Positions 1-10,059 of a DNA stretch of 64,000 nucleotides are shown piece by piece. A program made the translations under genes and the position numbers. Under the pieces are notes generated by a model. It searched no databases. It saw nothing but the letters and a program-made list of their open reading frames with translations, and had not been told where the DNA came from. Position 1 is the first letter of the stretch, and each line of letters opens with the position of its first letter. This stretch comes from Candidatus Bathyarchaeota archaeon (GTDB lineage Archaea; Thermoproteota; Bathyarchaeia; TCS64): contig CAVYLP010000006.1 in assembly GCA_963769425.1 (NCBI GenBank), positions 640,001 through 704,000 on the forward strand, in the 5' to 3' direction.

Positions 1-916
1 TGCTCGTGGAGGCGTCGAGCCTGTACTCAGCTGTGGAGCCTACCGTCACGTCGGCATTACCGTTGCTGGTTTGGAAACTGTATGTCCCGCTAATAGTGGA
101 GGGGATCTGGATTGTGAGTGGACCGTTGCTTGTTTCGAGATCGCAGTTCGTGGCGTCTAATGTGCCCGTGATGGGTCCGTTGGATGTGCTGCCCCTAAGG
201 GTGTCCGCCTTCACATTGTCTAGGCGTAGGGCACCGTTGCTCGTATGGATTGTCACACTTCCGCCGTTAACGTTACTGACGGTCACTATTCCATTGCTAG
301 TAGTCAGGTCGAGATCGAGCTTGGCGTTAGCGGGGAGTTTCACCTCTACGTTGATCTGATAGGGATTGTTGATGAGGATAGGTGAGTTGTAGACGAGTGT
401 GAGGCTCTGCTGAGAGGCGGTCTCCACTTTGGCGAGATCCTTGCCGAGGTTGGCAAGGTTATCATCCGCCTCCTTCTGCGTTGTTCCCCGCGCCGTGATT
501 GTTGATACTATGCTATACTCCTGCTTGTCCCAGGTGGTGAGGGTTATCTCACCATTCATCGCACCCAGTCTAAGATATACGGAGTCGGGAGTGGACGCAC
601 CGGTGTAGGTCTTCACGTCGGTTGTAGAATAGGGAAGAAAACCGTTGTTGACCCCTATTACACCTGTGAAGAAACTTATGCCCTGAGTGAGGAAGAGGGC
701 GAAGATGAGACCGCCCGCGAGGCCCCCCACTATCCTGTGTAGGCCCAACCCAGGACTCACGGCTCGGATGACCGCTGATAGAACTATGGCTACGCCTAGG
801 ATGATGAGGACCCAGGCAGCATTGTTTAAGGTCAGATTGAACTCCCTGAACAATAGGTATCCGAGCCCGAGACCGAGCAGGAACCCACCGAAGCCAATCG
901 CTCCTCTATTACTCAT
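1..916 (-). CDS. Membrane-anchored DUF4097/putative adhesin-type beta-repeat protein (3' end beyond window)
   Basis: Manual translation from ATG at 916: MSNRGAIGFGGFLLGLGLGYLL... with three hydrophobic segments, then repeated TSNG motifs (LTTSNGIV, IHTSNGAL, GSTSNGPI, LETSNGPL, FQTSNGNA). Absent from the ORF track because it runs off the edge. Confidence 0.8.
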   Translation of the reverse strand, partial: MSNRGAIGFGGFLLGLGLGYLLFREFNLTLNNAAWVLIILGVAIVLSAVIRAVSPGLGLHRIVGGLAGGLIFALFLTQGISFFTGVIGVNNGFLPYSTTDVKTYTGASTPDSVYLRLGAMNGEITLTTWDKQEYSIVSTITARGTTQKEADDNLANLGKDLAKVETASQQSLTLVYNSPILINNPYQINVEVKLPANAKLDLDLTTSNGIVTVSNVNGGSVTIHTSNGALRLDNVKADTLRGSTSNGPITGTLDATNCDLETSNGPLTIQIPSTISGTYSFQTSNGNADVTVGSTAEYRLDASTS

Positions 917-1376
917 GTTTATTCGCCGCCGTTGAGACTCGCGGCGAGAGATAAAACGATATCTGAATGTGAGCCGGGGGTAAATACACGGGGATTCTTC
1001 GACAATGTGTGTTCTCTGAAAAATTCTTTTACAGAAGCCCTTATCTGGATCTCCTTTGGCTATGTGAACTCACACTTCTATAATAGATGCCGAATGGGCA
1101 TACAGAGCACTTTGACGAGACTTCGACTTGGAGATTCCAATCGTTTTCTCAGTAATCCATCGAGTCATTCCTTATCCTCCCTCCTCTCAACCTTAAAGAT
1201 GCATAACTTCAATTGACTACACCACAGACTATCGGTCAGGGTGTTTCAGGTTCCGTCTCATCCTCACGAAGTCCTTCTGCGTCTCCGAGTCCTCCTTCCC
1301 CCCGCTGAGCCAAGTCTTCAGCCTCCTCCGCTCAATCTCTGTGAAGACGTATTTTCTCAAACGAACACTCTCCGTG

Positions 1377-1520
1377 TATACCCTGCAGCGGCGTTCCGAC
1401 TCCGTGTGGCAGGGTTCCGATTCCTAGTAGCGGTGGGTGCGATTCCTAGTAGGGTGGAGTGGATTCCTAGTAGGGTGGTATAACGTTTTTTCACTGTCTG
1501 TATTCCTAGCAGCGGCGTAA
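1377..1520. repeat. Degenerate ~21-bp-period direct repeat array (core GATTCCTAGTAGSG)
   Basis: GATTCCTAGTAG at 1419, 1441 and 1462. Degenerate units at 1377, 1398 and 1501 (TATTCCTAGCAGCGGCG). Confidence 0.8.
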
Positions 1521-1809
1521 AGATATCGTGCATTCAGAATTTACTCCAGTCAGTCGCTGCGCCAGTAGAGGTACGCCTTGCTCTGCCCGAGATCGAGGTT
1601 CTGCAGGCATTTAGCGAGTCGCTCGGGGGTCTTGCCTTCAGCCAAGGTCTCCATCTCGGCTGTACATGATCTCTGTCCCTCGGTTCCCAGTGAGGAGGAT
1701 ACAGCGATTTTCAACGTTTCCGGAGGCTATTTGTAAGAGTGCGTAAAATAATGGACCTATTTTAGAGGGGGAAGAAGAGGGTTATCCGCTTGGTTCTGGT
1801 CCAGTCACT

Positions 1810-2055
1810 CTATGGGTTTCGAATTGGCTCGCCGTAGGTGATCAACGTGATTGTGCTCTTCACGTTGTCGAGGCGTCGTATCCTGTTGAAGACGACCTCC
1901 TTCACCTTCTCCATTGTCTCGGCCTCAACCTCGACTATGATGTCGTAGATGCCGTAGAGACTATAGATGTTCTTGATCTCCTTGGCGCCCTTCATCGCCT
2001 GGATGACCTCCGGCTCCTTTCCCAGCTCGGTGTTCAAGAGAACGTATGCCTTCAA
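1810..2055 (-). CDS. Lrp/AsnC ligand-binding (RAM) domain protein
   Basis: 81 aa, MKAYVLLNTELG...YGIYDIIVEVE...IRRLDNVKSTITL, the typical stand-alone archaeal RAM domain. Confidence 0.9.
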   Translation of the reverse strand: MKAYVLLNTELGKEPEVIQAMKGAKEIKNIYSLYGIYDIIVEVEAETMEKVKEVVFNRIRRLDNVKSTITLITYGEPIRNP

Positions 2056-2185
2056 GGTCCTTCGATAGGAGCTTATCCTCTGTACTATTTCAATCTCGCC
2101 ATGCCGTTCTGGGTTTTAGAACGACTGTTCGGTTCCCTAGGATTATGCCTGTGGCTTGAGCACAATATTACAGGTGTATAATGTA

Positions 2186-2281
2186 ATGAGAAAGGGTCTC
2201 GCCAAGCTGGTCATCGTGCTGGGAGGAATGTGCCTACCAGCCACCTTGATCTTCGCCTGGCAGATGATGCAGACGCTCTAG
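2186..2281 (+). CDS. Putative small membrane peptide (31 aa)
   Basis: MRKGLAKLVIVLGGMCLPATLIFAWQMMQTL: basic N-terminus plus one hydrophobic helix, with AT-rich sequence upstream. Confidence 0.4.
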   Translation: MRKGLAKLVIVLGGMCLPATLIFAWQMMQTL

Positions 2282-2409
2282 GAAACGTAGCCCAAAAACA
2301 GGGGAGGATGTAACCCATTGGAGCCAAAAAATGAGTCCATTCGTAGAAAGAGACTCATACGGTTCCGTTTGTCTACGATAATATGCAAAAACGTGCACTT
2401 TATGCAACT

Positions 2410-3257
2410 TTAAGTGGCATTTGGTTTCGTGGGGCGACTTTTCAGCTTCTCGTAGACGAGGGATACGTCACTAAGACTGATCCTCGCGACCCTCTCCTCA
2501 AGAATCGCTTCGCTTAGGCTGAGTTCATCGACGACCTCCTTAGCCCCCCTCTTCGTCGACGGGTAACCCATCGACGATGCGGTTATCATCGCCTCCCTCA
2601 GAGCGTTCCCCATCTTCTTGTCGCCCTGGCGGAGCACCGCCCTCATCACAGCCTCGAAAGGCCTCGAGCTCAACCTTGGGTCTGAGAACAATTATTGAGG
2701 TCGCCGTCTTTGGCTCCGGGTGATATGCCTCCGATTTGACCTCCGATACCACCTCGACTTCGTAGAAGAGTCGTGCTTCCAGGCTCAGCTTGGTGTAGCC
2801 CGGTTCATCCCGGTTGGCCATTAATGTCTTCACCAGCGTCGACGGGAGGACCAGTGAGGCCGCCCTGAACTTGAGCCTCTCAAGCCTGTGGATGAGTGCC
2901 TCCGTTATGGCGTATGGGGGGTTCGAGACCAGCACGTCGAAGGCCGGAAGGTAGATCGTTAGCGCATCCCCCAGCACCACCTCGACGTTAGCCACGCCGG
3001 AGAATCTCTCCCTGAGAAGAGGGATAAATTTCTGATTCTTCTCGATGGCGATGACCTTCGAGGCCCGACCCGCTGAGCCCGGTGGTTATGTTGCCGGCCC
3101 CAGGGCCTATCTCCAGAACCGTGTCGGTTGGCTTTATCCCCGACGCCTCGATGAGGGCGTCGATGACCTCGGGATCGATGAGCTGCTGCTCATCGAGGGT
3201 GGCCTCAGCCGTCAACCCGAAGCGATCCAGCAGCCCGAGGGTTTGGTCTCTCAGCAC
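2410..3257 (-). pseudogene. rsmA: 16S rRNA adenine dimethyltransferase KsgA/Dim1-like, split by two frameshifts
   Basis: Three overlapping ORFs (2988-3257, 2540-2995, 2410-2691) carry VLEIGPGAG, VSNPPYAIT and YHPEPKT motifs in order. The breaks may be sequencing errors. Confidence 0.8.
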
Positions 3258-3270
3258 CTATGCGCACCGG

Positions 3271-4015
3271 CTAGAGGAGGTATCGAGGCTCGCCCTTAAT
3301 GCTCTTCACGAGCTCGGCGGCGGCCTCTACGTCCTCGTCCATCCCCTCGATGAGGAGGCGTACGCTCCCCTCCGCGCCGGCGACTCCACCAGCGGCGATG
3401 AGGGTCGTCTGGACGCCGCAGAGGACCTCGAGACGCCTCGATCTCGGTGAAGATGATGCCAGTTAACGGCCAGATCGTCGGTCCCTCGTTGTCGGGGTCC
3501 ATGGTGAGCATGTGTAGCTCGTTCATGTCCTCGTAGACGAGTTTCTCGAGGCCGATGGGAATGAGGAGTGTGATCTTCTTGCCGATGATCGAACCGAGGA
3601 CGGCGCCTACTGTTCCGCCGTCTCCGCCTGCGATGAGTACACCCGCCATCTGACCGACATAGTCGAGGGCGTTGGCGCCCTTGATGTAGACATCGCCCTT
3701 ACCCATCACCTTGACAGCGTTGTAGCGGTCGTACTCTTTGGCGATCTCGCCTTTCTTGAAGACGGCGTCGGGGATGGGCTCGCCCTGCTTCTCGGGAGAC
3801 TTCTCTGGGACTTGCGGAGTTGTGATGCCGCTGCGGTACCTTCTAAGGTCGAACTTCTCGCCCTTGAGCTCCTGTAGGATGTAGGCGTTCGTTGTGCCTG
3901 TTGCGACGACGACCATCCCTGCCTCCATCGCTCCCTGAACCTCGGGCAGGGCAGCGACGCCCTTCGCTATCAGCCTCTTTGACTCAGCCACGGTGAGAAT
4001 AACCTGCTTCTTCAT
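3271..4015 (-). CDS. Conserved hypothetical protein (frameshift near 3430)
   Basis: MKKQVILTVAESKRLIAKGV...KGANALD...PIGLEK. The C-terminus continues in another frame as ...AGAEGSVRLLIEG...KGEPRYLL* ending at 3271. Confidence 0.7.
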
Positions 4016-4093
4016 TGCTTTTCACTAGCACCCTGAGCCCTGTAGATAAAAAGGAATTCCCGTGGGAACCCCTATAACGCCGACGCCGGAGAT

Positions 4094-5239
4094 ATGCCTC
4101 GTCGGGAGATGTTCGAGGACCCAATAGGCAGGATAAACAGGAACCTCGATGCCTGGGAGGCGGGGCTAAAGGACCCAAAGGCAGCGCAGGAGAAGGTGCT
4201 ACATGATCTCCTCGAGGGGTACTCGAAGACCGAGTACGGCAGAAGCCACGGAGTTGCAGAAATATCGACAATCGAAGAATATCGAAGGCGCTTCCCATCC
4301 GTAACCTACGCCGACTTGGAGCCGTGGTTCGAGAGGGTCAGAACCGAGGGCCATGGAGTGTTCCTCGACGAGGAGCCAATTACCTGGGTAATGACGAGAG
4401 GGACGACCGGACAGTCGAAGGTTGTCCCGGTTACCCCGCGCCACCTGCAGGACCTCATCAGGTGCGGCTCAAGGGGGGTCCTCAACTTCGCCATGCGTAA
4501 CGGCGGCATCTCCCTCCTAGCTGGAGGCGTCCTCAACCTCCAGTTCCCGAGCAACATGCGCGTCCTCACCCAGGGGGGCAAGGAGGTCGTCTACGGCTTC
4601 AGCTCCGGGACATACGCGAAACTCAACCCGATGATGGCCGGGCTCGGATTGGTCCCACGACAGGAGGAGATTGACGCCCTACAGACCGACCTCACCCCCG
4701 AGGGCTGGGAGAAGCGCTACGAGTTCATCTACCAGAAGGCGAAGGAGAGGGACTTCGTCAGCATCATCGGCGTAGCCCCCGTTCAGACCGGCTTCGCTAG
4801 ATACGTCAAGAAGAAACACAACATCTACCCACAAGACCTATGGAAACTCAAGGTCATCTACAGCACCAGCGTCGCTAAGATACAGCAGAACTACGCCCCC
4901 AAGCTGAGGGCGATGTACGGCGATGTACCCGTCGTCGAGATGTACACGGCCACGGAGGGGGCCTTCGCCCAGCAGAGGGATGAATTACCATACGTCTGCC
5001 CCAACTACGATGTCTACCTCTTCGAGGTTGAGACGGGCTCGGGCGTCAAGATGCTGCACGAGATGGAGCGAGGGGAGTGGGGGAGGATAATCATCTCGAC
5101 GGCCATGCTCCCCCGATACCGCCAAGGCGACCTGATCGAGGCGATGGGCAAGAACTACTTCCGAGTCTTCGGACGCGACAAGTGGAGCGTGGTGCTCGAG
5201 CATCGTCTATGGAAAATATTTGTCGGCTGGGCAGTCTAG
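4094..5239 (+). CDS. GH3 (auxin-responsive promoter) family acyl-adenylating enzyme
   Basis: Motifs TRGTTGQSKVVP, EMYTATEG and RYRQGDLI, with the N-terminal TEYG..HG pattern. Confidence 0.85.
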   Translation: MPRREMFEDPIGRINRNLDAWEAGLKDPKAAQEKVLHDLLEGYSKTEYGRSHGVAEISTIEEYRRRFPSVTYADLEPWFERVRTEGHGVFLDEEPITWVMTRGTTGQSKVVPVTPRHLQDLIRCGSRGVLNFAMRNGGISLLAGGVLNLQFPSNMRVLTQGGKEVVYGFSSGTYAKLNPMMAGLGLVPRQEEIDALQTDLTPEGWEKRYEFIYQKAKERDFVSIIGVAPVQTGFARYVKKKHNIYPQDLWKLKVIYSTSVAKIQQNYAPKLRAMYGDVPVVEMYTATEGAFAQQRDELPYVCPNYDVYLFEVETGSGVKMLHEMERGEWGRIIISTAMLPRYRQGDLIEAMGKNYFRVFGRDKWSVVLEHRLWKIFVGWAV

Positions 5240-5778
5240 GGTTTCGGGTGCCTACTCCTGCTCATCAACGCGTTGATGACTATCCACGCACCGATGAGGA
5301 TGATGAGGAAAGCCCACCAGTCCTGAAGACCTAGATACGACCCCACACCTATGAGGGCGACGATGGCTCCGCCTATCATCAGGCCGCTAGAGGCGCGCCA
5401 GTTGCTCGTCTGGACGTAGAGCATTAGGCCGCGAAGGATTATTATTACACCTAAGCCGACGAGGAACCAGTTCCACCACTGGTTGTCGCCTATGTAACCG
5501 TACTGGTTGAACAGGAAGGTGACTCCCAGCCACAGGACGATGAGGCCGCCCATGACAGCGCCCCACATGGCGCCTGAGCCCTCGTTCTTCTCGCCCTTCT
5601 CTGCCTTCTCTCCCCTCGAGTCCTTCTCATTCTTCTCGTTCTTCTCACCTTTCTCGTTCTTCTCGTCTCTGGGGCGCCTGTAGACGACCTTGTCCTCAGG
5701 CTTCAGGCTCTGACCGCAGTATGGGCAGAAAACCGCGTCCTCTTTGACCTCTTTACCGCACTTCGGGCAATATGGCAT
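5236..5778 (-). CDS. Zinc-ribbon domain membrane protein
   Basis: N-terminal CPKCG...CPYCG, an EKx low-complexity linker, then four TM helices. Confidence 0.85.
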   Translation of the reverse strand: MPYCPKCGKEVKEDAVFCPYCGQSLKPEDKVVYRRPRDEKNEKGEKNEKNEKDSRGEKAEKGEKNEGSGAMWGAVMGGLIVLWLGVTFLFNQYGYIGDNQWWNWFLVGLGVIIILRGLMLYVQTSNWRASSGLMIGGAIVALIGVGSYLGLQDWWAFLIILIGAWIVINALMSRSRHPKP

Positions 5779-5839
5779 GGCGCTTCACCTACTCGATCTG
5801 TGAGATTTTCACTCCGCTTAAAAGGGTATAGATTCTCCC

Positions 5840-7019
5840 TCAGTTTCGGGTAATTCTTATCAGGGCGATGAGAGCCGTGCCGATTAGCATTAGGGTGCTC
5901 AAGATGAACCAGCCGATGTCGTAGCTAGTCGTGGCGTCCTTCACGACGCCGAGGAGCAGGGGAAGCACCAAGGGCTCCGAGACTCGCGAATGTGTTGTGA
6001 ACCCCCGAAAGGCTACCAGCAGTCTCCGTACCGAAGAGGCGAGGAATAATCGTGAACGCTGGGCTGCGGGTGAAGCTGCTCAACCACCCAAGTATGAACG
6101 TGGCCACGAGGATGAGGCCACCGCTAGGGAGAACCGTGAAGGCGTATACGTTCACGGCGAGAAGGAGGAAGCTCCCGCCGAGGACCCTCTTCTCGCCGAC
6201 GACGTCCGTTAACACACCACCCGCTGGGTTCGACACCATCCCAGCCAAGTTGAACAGACTCATCGCGGTGCCCACGAGCAGGACGTCGAAGCCGAACTCC
6301 TCCTTTAGCATCAATGGCAGCCAGGCTAGGAAGGTGTAGTAGCTGCCGAGGCGGATGAACTGGGCCACGGCGAGCACCCAGAAACTCCTCGTCCTCAGAG
6401 CCGTGAGGACGGCCTGCCGAGGCACTCCACTCGACCTTGCCCCGTCCTTCAGGCATAGGTAGATCAACGCGGCGGAAGCGATTCCTGCAACTCCCTGTAT
6501 GATGATTGATGCCCGCCAACCGTAGACGAGGGCGAGCAAAGGAGAGACCCAGGTAACGATGATCAAGCCTATGCTTCCACCCACATTCAACAAACCGAGG
6601 GCCGTCCCCCTCTCCCTCGACTCGTACCATCCGGCGATCAGCCTAACCGAGGGGACGAAGACCCCCGCCCCCAGCAGCCCGGCGAGGAAACGGGCAAGGG
6701 CGAGGCTCGTGAAGTCGCCGCCGAACCCGAACAGAACGGTCGCCGCGGAGACGCCCGCGATGCTGGCGGCCATAATCCTCCTGCTACCGAAGCGATCAGC
6801 CAGGAGTCCCCAGGGTATCTGACCGATCGTGTAGCCGACGAAGTAGGCCGACATCAGGGCACCGCTCTCCGTGTAACTTAGGCCCAAATCCCCCTTGATC
6901 GACGTGAGGACGTAGCTGTAGGCGGAGTTCATGATGCCCAGCACCGTGAGGGCGAGGAAACCGCCGAGCAGCACCAGGGGGTGCCTGAGCAGGCCCCTCA
7001 GCCTATCCAGAGCGGACAA
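5840..7019 (-). CDS. MFS transporter (frameshift near 5960)
   Basis: GLLADRFGSRR motif A and many TM segments. The last helices (LLGVVKDATTSYDIGWFILSTLMLIG...) continue in another frame to a stop at 5840. Confidence 0.85.
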
Positions 7020-7114
7020 TACGCTGAGACGGGCGCCCTACGCCTGATAAGGTTTAGCAGAAAAAAGGCCACAGTCTCCCGCTGGGCTTGAAAAAATGAA
7101 AAAAGGTGGTAGTC

Positions 7115-8011
7115 TTACAGGACTACCGTCTTCATCTCGTCTGCCTTGAGGAGTCTCTGCCAGTTCGTCGTGACGTTGGTCTGGATCTCGTTGACCTCGA
7201 CCTCTGTCATGTGGCGGAAGCGGCTCTGAGGCTTCAGGTACTCGCTGATGGGCTTCAGCTCCTTCGGTTTGTAGTTGAGCTTGAAGCTGGTGCCGTGCTC
7301 TATCTCGTAGAGCGGCCAGACGCCTGACTGGACACCCGCACGCGCGAGTTCGACCGTCTTTGCTGGGTCGAAGCGCCAACCGACTGGGCACGGGGACTGG
7401 ATCAGGATGAGCCTGAAGCCCTCGATGTCCTTGGCGTACTTCACCTTCTGCATGAGGTCCTCAGGGAAGGCGACTGAGGCCGTGGCGATGTAGGGGACGT
7501 AGTGGGCCGCGAAGATCATCGGGATGTTCTTCTTGGGCTCGTTCTTTCCCCTGCTGTTGGGGCCGACCGGGTTCGTGGTTGTCTCCGCGTACTTCGGGGT
7601 TCCTCCACTCCTCTGGCCGCCCGTGTTCATGTAGGCCTCGTTGTCCTTCGTGATTACGAGGATGTTCTCGTTGCGCTCAGCCGCAGCAGATAGTCCCTGG
7701 AAGCCTATGTCGTAGGTTCCGCCGTCTCCGAAGAAACCGACGGCCTTGACATCCGTCCTCCCCAGCGCCTTAAGGGCACGGGACGACCCGGTTAGGGACG
7801 AGCCGCCGCCCTCGAAGACTGCGCCTGCGCGCGGGTGCTTCGTGACGTGGTCTGGGCAGCACGGGATACCGTGCCTGATGAGGTTGGGACCTAGGACCTT
7901 GAAGGTGAGCCTGGCGGCCATGGCGGCACCGCAACCCTGGCAAGTGCTGCCAGGTGCTAGGATCATCTCTTCCATGGGGACCTGGGCTCTAGTCATTCTT
8001 TGCGTACTCAT
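7115..8011 (-). CDS. porB: 2-oxoacid:ferredoxin oxidoreductase beta subunit
   Basis: CQGCG, GDGGTYDIGFQ TPP-binding motif, DNEAYMNTGGQ, SPCPVGW. Confidence 0.9.
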   Translation of the reverse strand: MSTQRMTRAQVPMEEMILAPGSTCQGCGAAMAARLTFKVLGPNLIRHGIPCCPDHVTKHPRAGAVFEGGGSSLTGSSRALKALGRTDVKAVGFFGDGGTYDIGFQGLSAAAERNENILVITKDNEAYMNTGGQRSGGTPKYAETTTNPVGPNSRGKNEPKKNIPMIFAAHYVPYIATASVAFPEDLMQKVKYAKDIEGFRLILIQSPCPVGWRFDPAKTVELARAGVQSGVWPLYEIEHGTSFKLNYKPKELKPISEYLKPQSRFRHMTEVEVNEIQTNVTTNWQRLLKADEMKTVVL

Positions 8012-8024
8012 TTTTCATTACCTC

Positions 8025-9221
8025 CTAAACCCACTGGATGGGAGCCTCTGGCTTCCCACCCTTCGCTACCTTCAGGGTCTTCTCGCCGATCTTGTACATG
8101 TCGTCGACGCGTACCTCCTTTCCGCTGAGGCCGCCGATGAAGCCGAGGATTGGGGTCCTCTTCGCCTCGTCGTAGAGGGTGCTCCTCATCTGGTGGTAGA
8201 CGGGGCCGTAGAAGCCTGGCTGGCAGCTGCGGTCGAAGACGCCGATGGCGCCGACGTTCTTGGCGATGGCCTGGAAGTCGTTCCTCGGGAAGGGGATGTA
8301 GCTCCTGATCTTCACGAGTCCGACCTTTTTGCCGTCTGCCCAGAGCTTGTCGATCGCCGCCATCGCGGTTCCGGCGATCGTGCCCATCGCAGTGATGACG
8401 CAGTCTGCGCCCTCCACACGGTATGGCTCGATCATGCCGTTGCCGTAGGTGCGGCCGAACTTCTTGCCCCACTCGGCGAATACCTCCTTGATGACCTTCT
8501 CACCGTTGAGGGCCGCCTCGTTGTGCAACTGCCATGGCTTCATCGGGTCACCCTCGCCCCAGCCCGCGCCGTAGCCCTTAGGGTTGGCCTCGAAGTCGCG
8601 CCACTTGTCAGTCGTGTCTGATACGGGGAGTATTCCCGGCATCGGCTTGTAGGGCGGTAGGAAGGCGTCGACGTCCTCTTGGGACGGGATCTCGACTGGC
8701 TCTGCCGTGTAGCTGAGCACGTAGCCGTCGTAGCCCATCGCGACTGGGAGGCGGATCCTCTTGTCCTCGGCGATCTTGTACGCCATCACTGTTGTGTCGA
8801 GTATCTCCTGTGCGTTCTCCACGTAGAGGTGGAGCCAGCCCTGCCACTGCTGCGACATTAGGTCACTGTGGTCAGGCTGCATGCTCTTGACGCCGCGGTG
8901 GACAACCGCCATGACGAGGGGTAGCCTCTTGCTGGCGGTCTCCTGCATCGGGTGGTGCATGTAGAGGAGGCCTGGGCCCGAGGTACATGTGAAGCTGCGC
9001 GCGCCGACGGCCTCCGCCGCCTGGGCGATGACCTGGCTACTCAGCTCACCCTCAGCGTTGATGAACTCGAATCCGGGCAACTCACCCGAGGCGTGGATCT
9101 CCGAGAGATACTCGGTGATCGTCGTCTGCGGTGTGATTGGGAAGACCGCTGCAACCTTTACGCGGGCCAGCTTGCAGCCAGTCGCCGTTGCCTTGTTACC
9201 GACCATAACTTCGTATGACAT
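8025..9221 (-). CDS. porA: 2-oxoacid:ferredoxin oxidoreductase alpha subunit
   Basis: FPITPQT, GARSFTCTSGPG, GKKVGLVKIRSYIPFP, FIGGLSG. Confidence 0.9.
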   Translation of the reverse strand: MSYEVMVGNKATATGCKLARVKVAAVFPITPQTTITEYLSEIHASGELPGFEFINAEGELSSQVIAQAAEAVGARSFTCTSGPGLLYMHHPMQETASKRLPLVMAVVHRGVKSMQPDHSDLMSQQWQGWLHLYVENAQEILDTTVMAYKIAEDKRIRLPVAMGYDGYVLSYTAEPVEIPSQEDVDAFLPPYKPMPGILPVSDTTDKWRDFEANPKGYGAGWGEGDPMKPWQLHNEAALNGEKVIKEVFAEWGKKFGRTYGNGMIEPYRVEGADCVITAMGTIAGTAMAAIDKLWADGKKVGLVKIRSYIPFPRNDFQAIAKNVGAIGVFDRSCQPGFYGPVYHQMRSTLYDEAKRTPILGFIGGLSGKEVRVDDMYKIGEKTLKVAKGGKPEAPIQWV

Positions 9222-9234
9222 TTCATTATCCTCC

Positions 9235-10056
9235 TTAGATCTCCACCCTCTTCATCTCGATGGCCTTGACTGGGCACTCGTTTGCGCAGACACCGCAGCC
9301 CTTGCAGGCGCGGTCGATCATCGCGGGCTTGTTGTTCGCTTTCCACTCGAGGGCGGCTTCTGGGCAGAAGATCCAGCACGTCTTGCAGCCGATGCACTTC
9401 TCCTCGTTCACGACGGGGTAGAAGACGCGCCAGCTGCTGACGTCCTTAAGGGTTCCGTACCCGCCGACTTCGAGGTCGACCTTCATCTTGGGGGCGACCC
9501 TGTTCTTCGCGGGGACCCAGGGGGAGACCTTCTCGTAGCTCTTCCTGACGGCGGCGATGTTCATCTCGCCTAGCCTGCCTGGGAAGTACTTCTTGATGGC
9601 CTTCTCGACGGACTCGAGCTTGACGACGCCTGTGGCCTTGGCGAAGGCACCGAGCAGCGCTGTGTTCGTGATGGGCCTTCCGAGGGTCTCCAGCGCGATG
9701 CTGGTTGCGTCGACAGTGGCGATGTTGATGTCGCCGGCGAGCTCGCTCTTATCGGGTGCGAACGGTACGTTAAGCAGAACCTGGCCGTTTGGCTTCAGGT
9801 CGTTAGCGACAGCCTGCTGTAGGCTGATCAGTGGGTCGAAGCAGAGGCTGATATTCGGATTGTGTACCAGCTCCCTTTCCCTGACACGCACATTGTCGAT
9901 CCTGACATAGGCGGTGAGGGGTGCTCCACGCCTCTCGGTGCCGTACATGGGGATGGCCTGACTATACTTGCCCTCCTCATAGGCTGCCGTGGCGATAATC
10001 CTAGAGGCGGTGACGGCCCCTTGGCCGCCCCTGCCGTGCAACCTTATCTCAATCAC
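9235..10056 (-). CDS. 2-oxoacid:ferredoxin oxidoreductase gamma-delta fusion subunit
   Basis: IRLHGRGGQG and YGTERRGAP (gamma), fused to WRVFYPVVNEEKCIGCKTCWIFCP...CKGCGVCANECP (2x[4Fe-4S] delta). Confidence 0.9.
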   Translation of the reverse strand: MIEIRLHGRGGQGAVTASRIIATAAYEEGKYSQAIPMYGTERRGAPLTAYVRIDNVRVRERELVHNPNISLCFDPLISLQQAVANDLKPNGQVLLNVPFAPDKSELAGDINIATVDATSIALETLGRPITNTALLGAFAKATGVVKLESVEKAIKKYFPGRLGEMNIAAVRKSYEKVSPWVPAKNRVAPKMKVDLEVGGYGTLKDVSSWRVFYPVVNEEKCIGCKTCWIFCPEAALEWKANNKPAMIDRACKGCGVCANECPVKAIEMKRVEI

Positions 10057-10059
10057 GGG

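Noticed and set aside
1419-1482. Possible mini CRISPR array
   Set aside because: The unit is only 21-22 bp in total with no 30-40-nt unique spacers, and there are no cas genes in the window.
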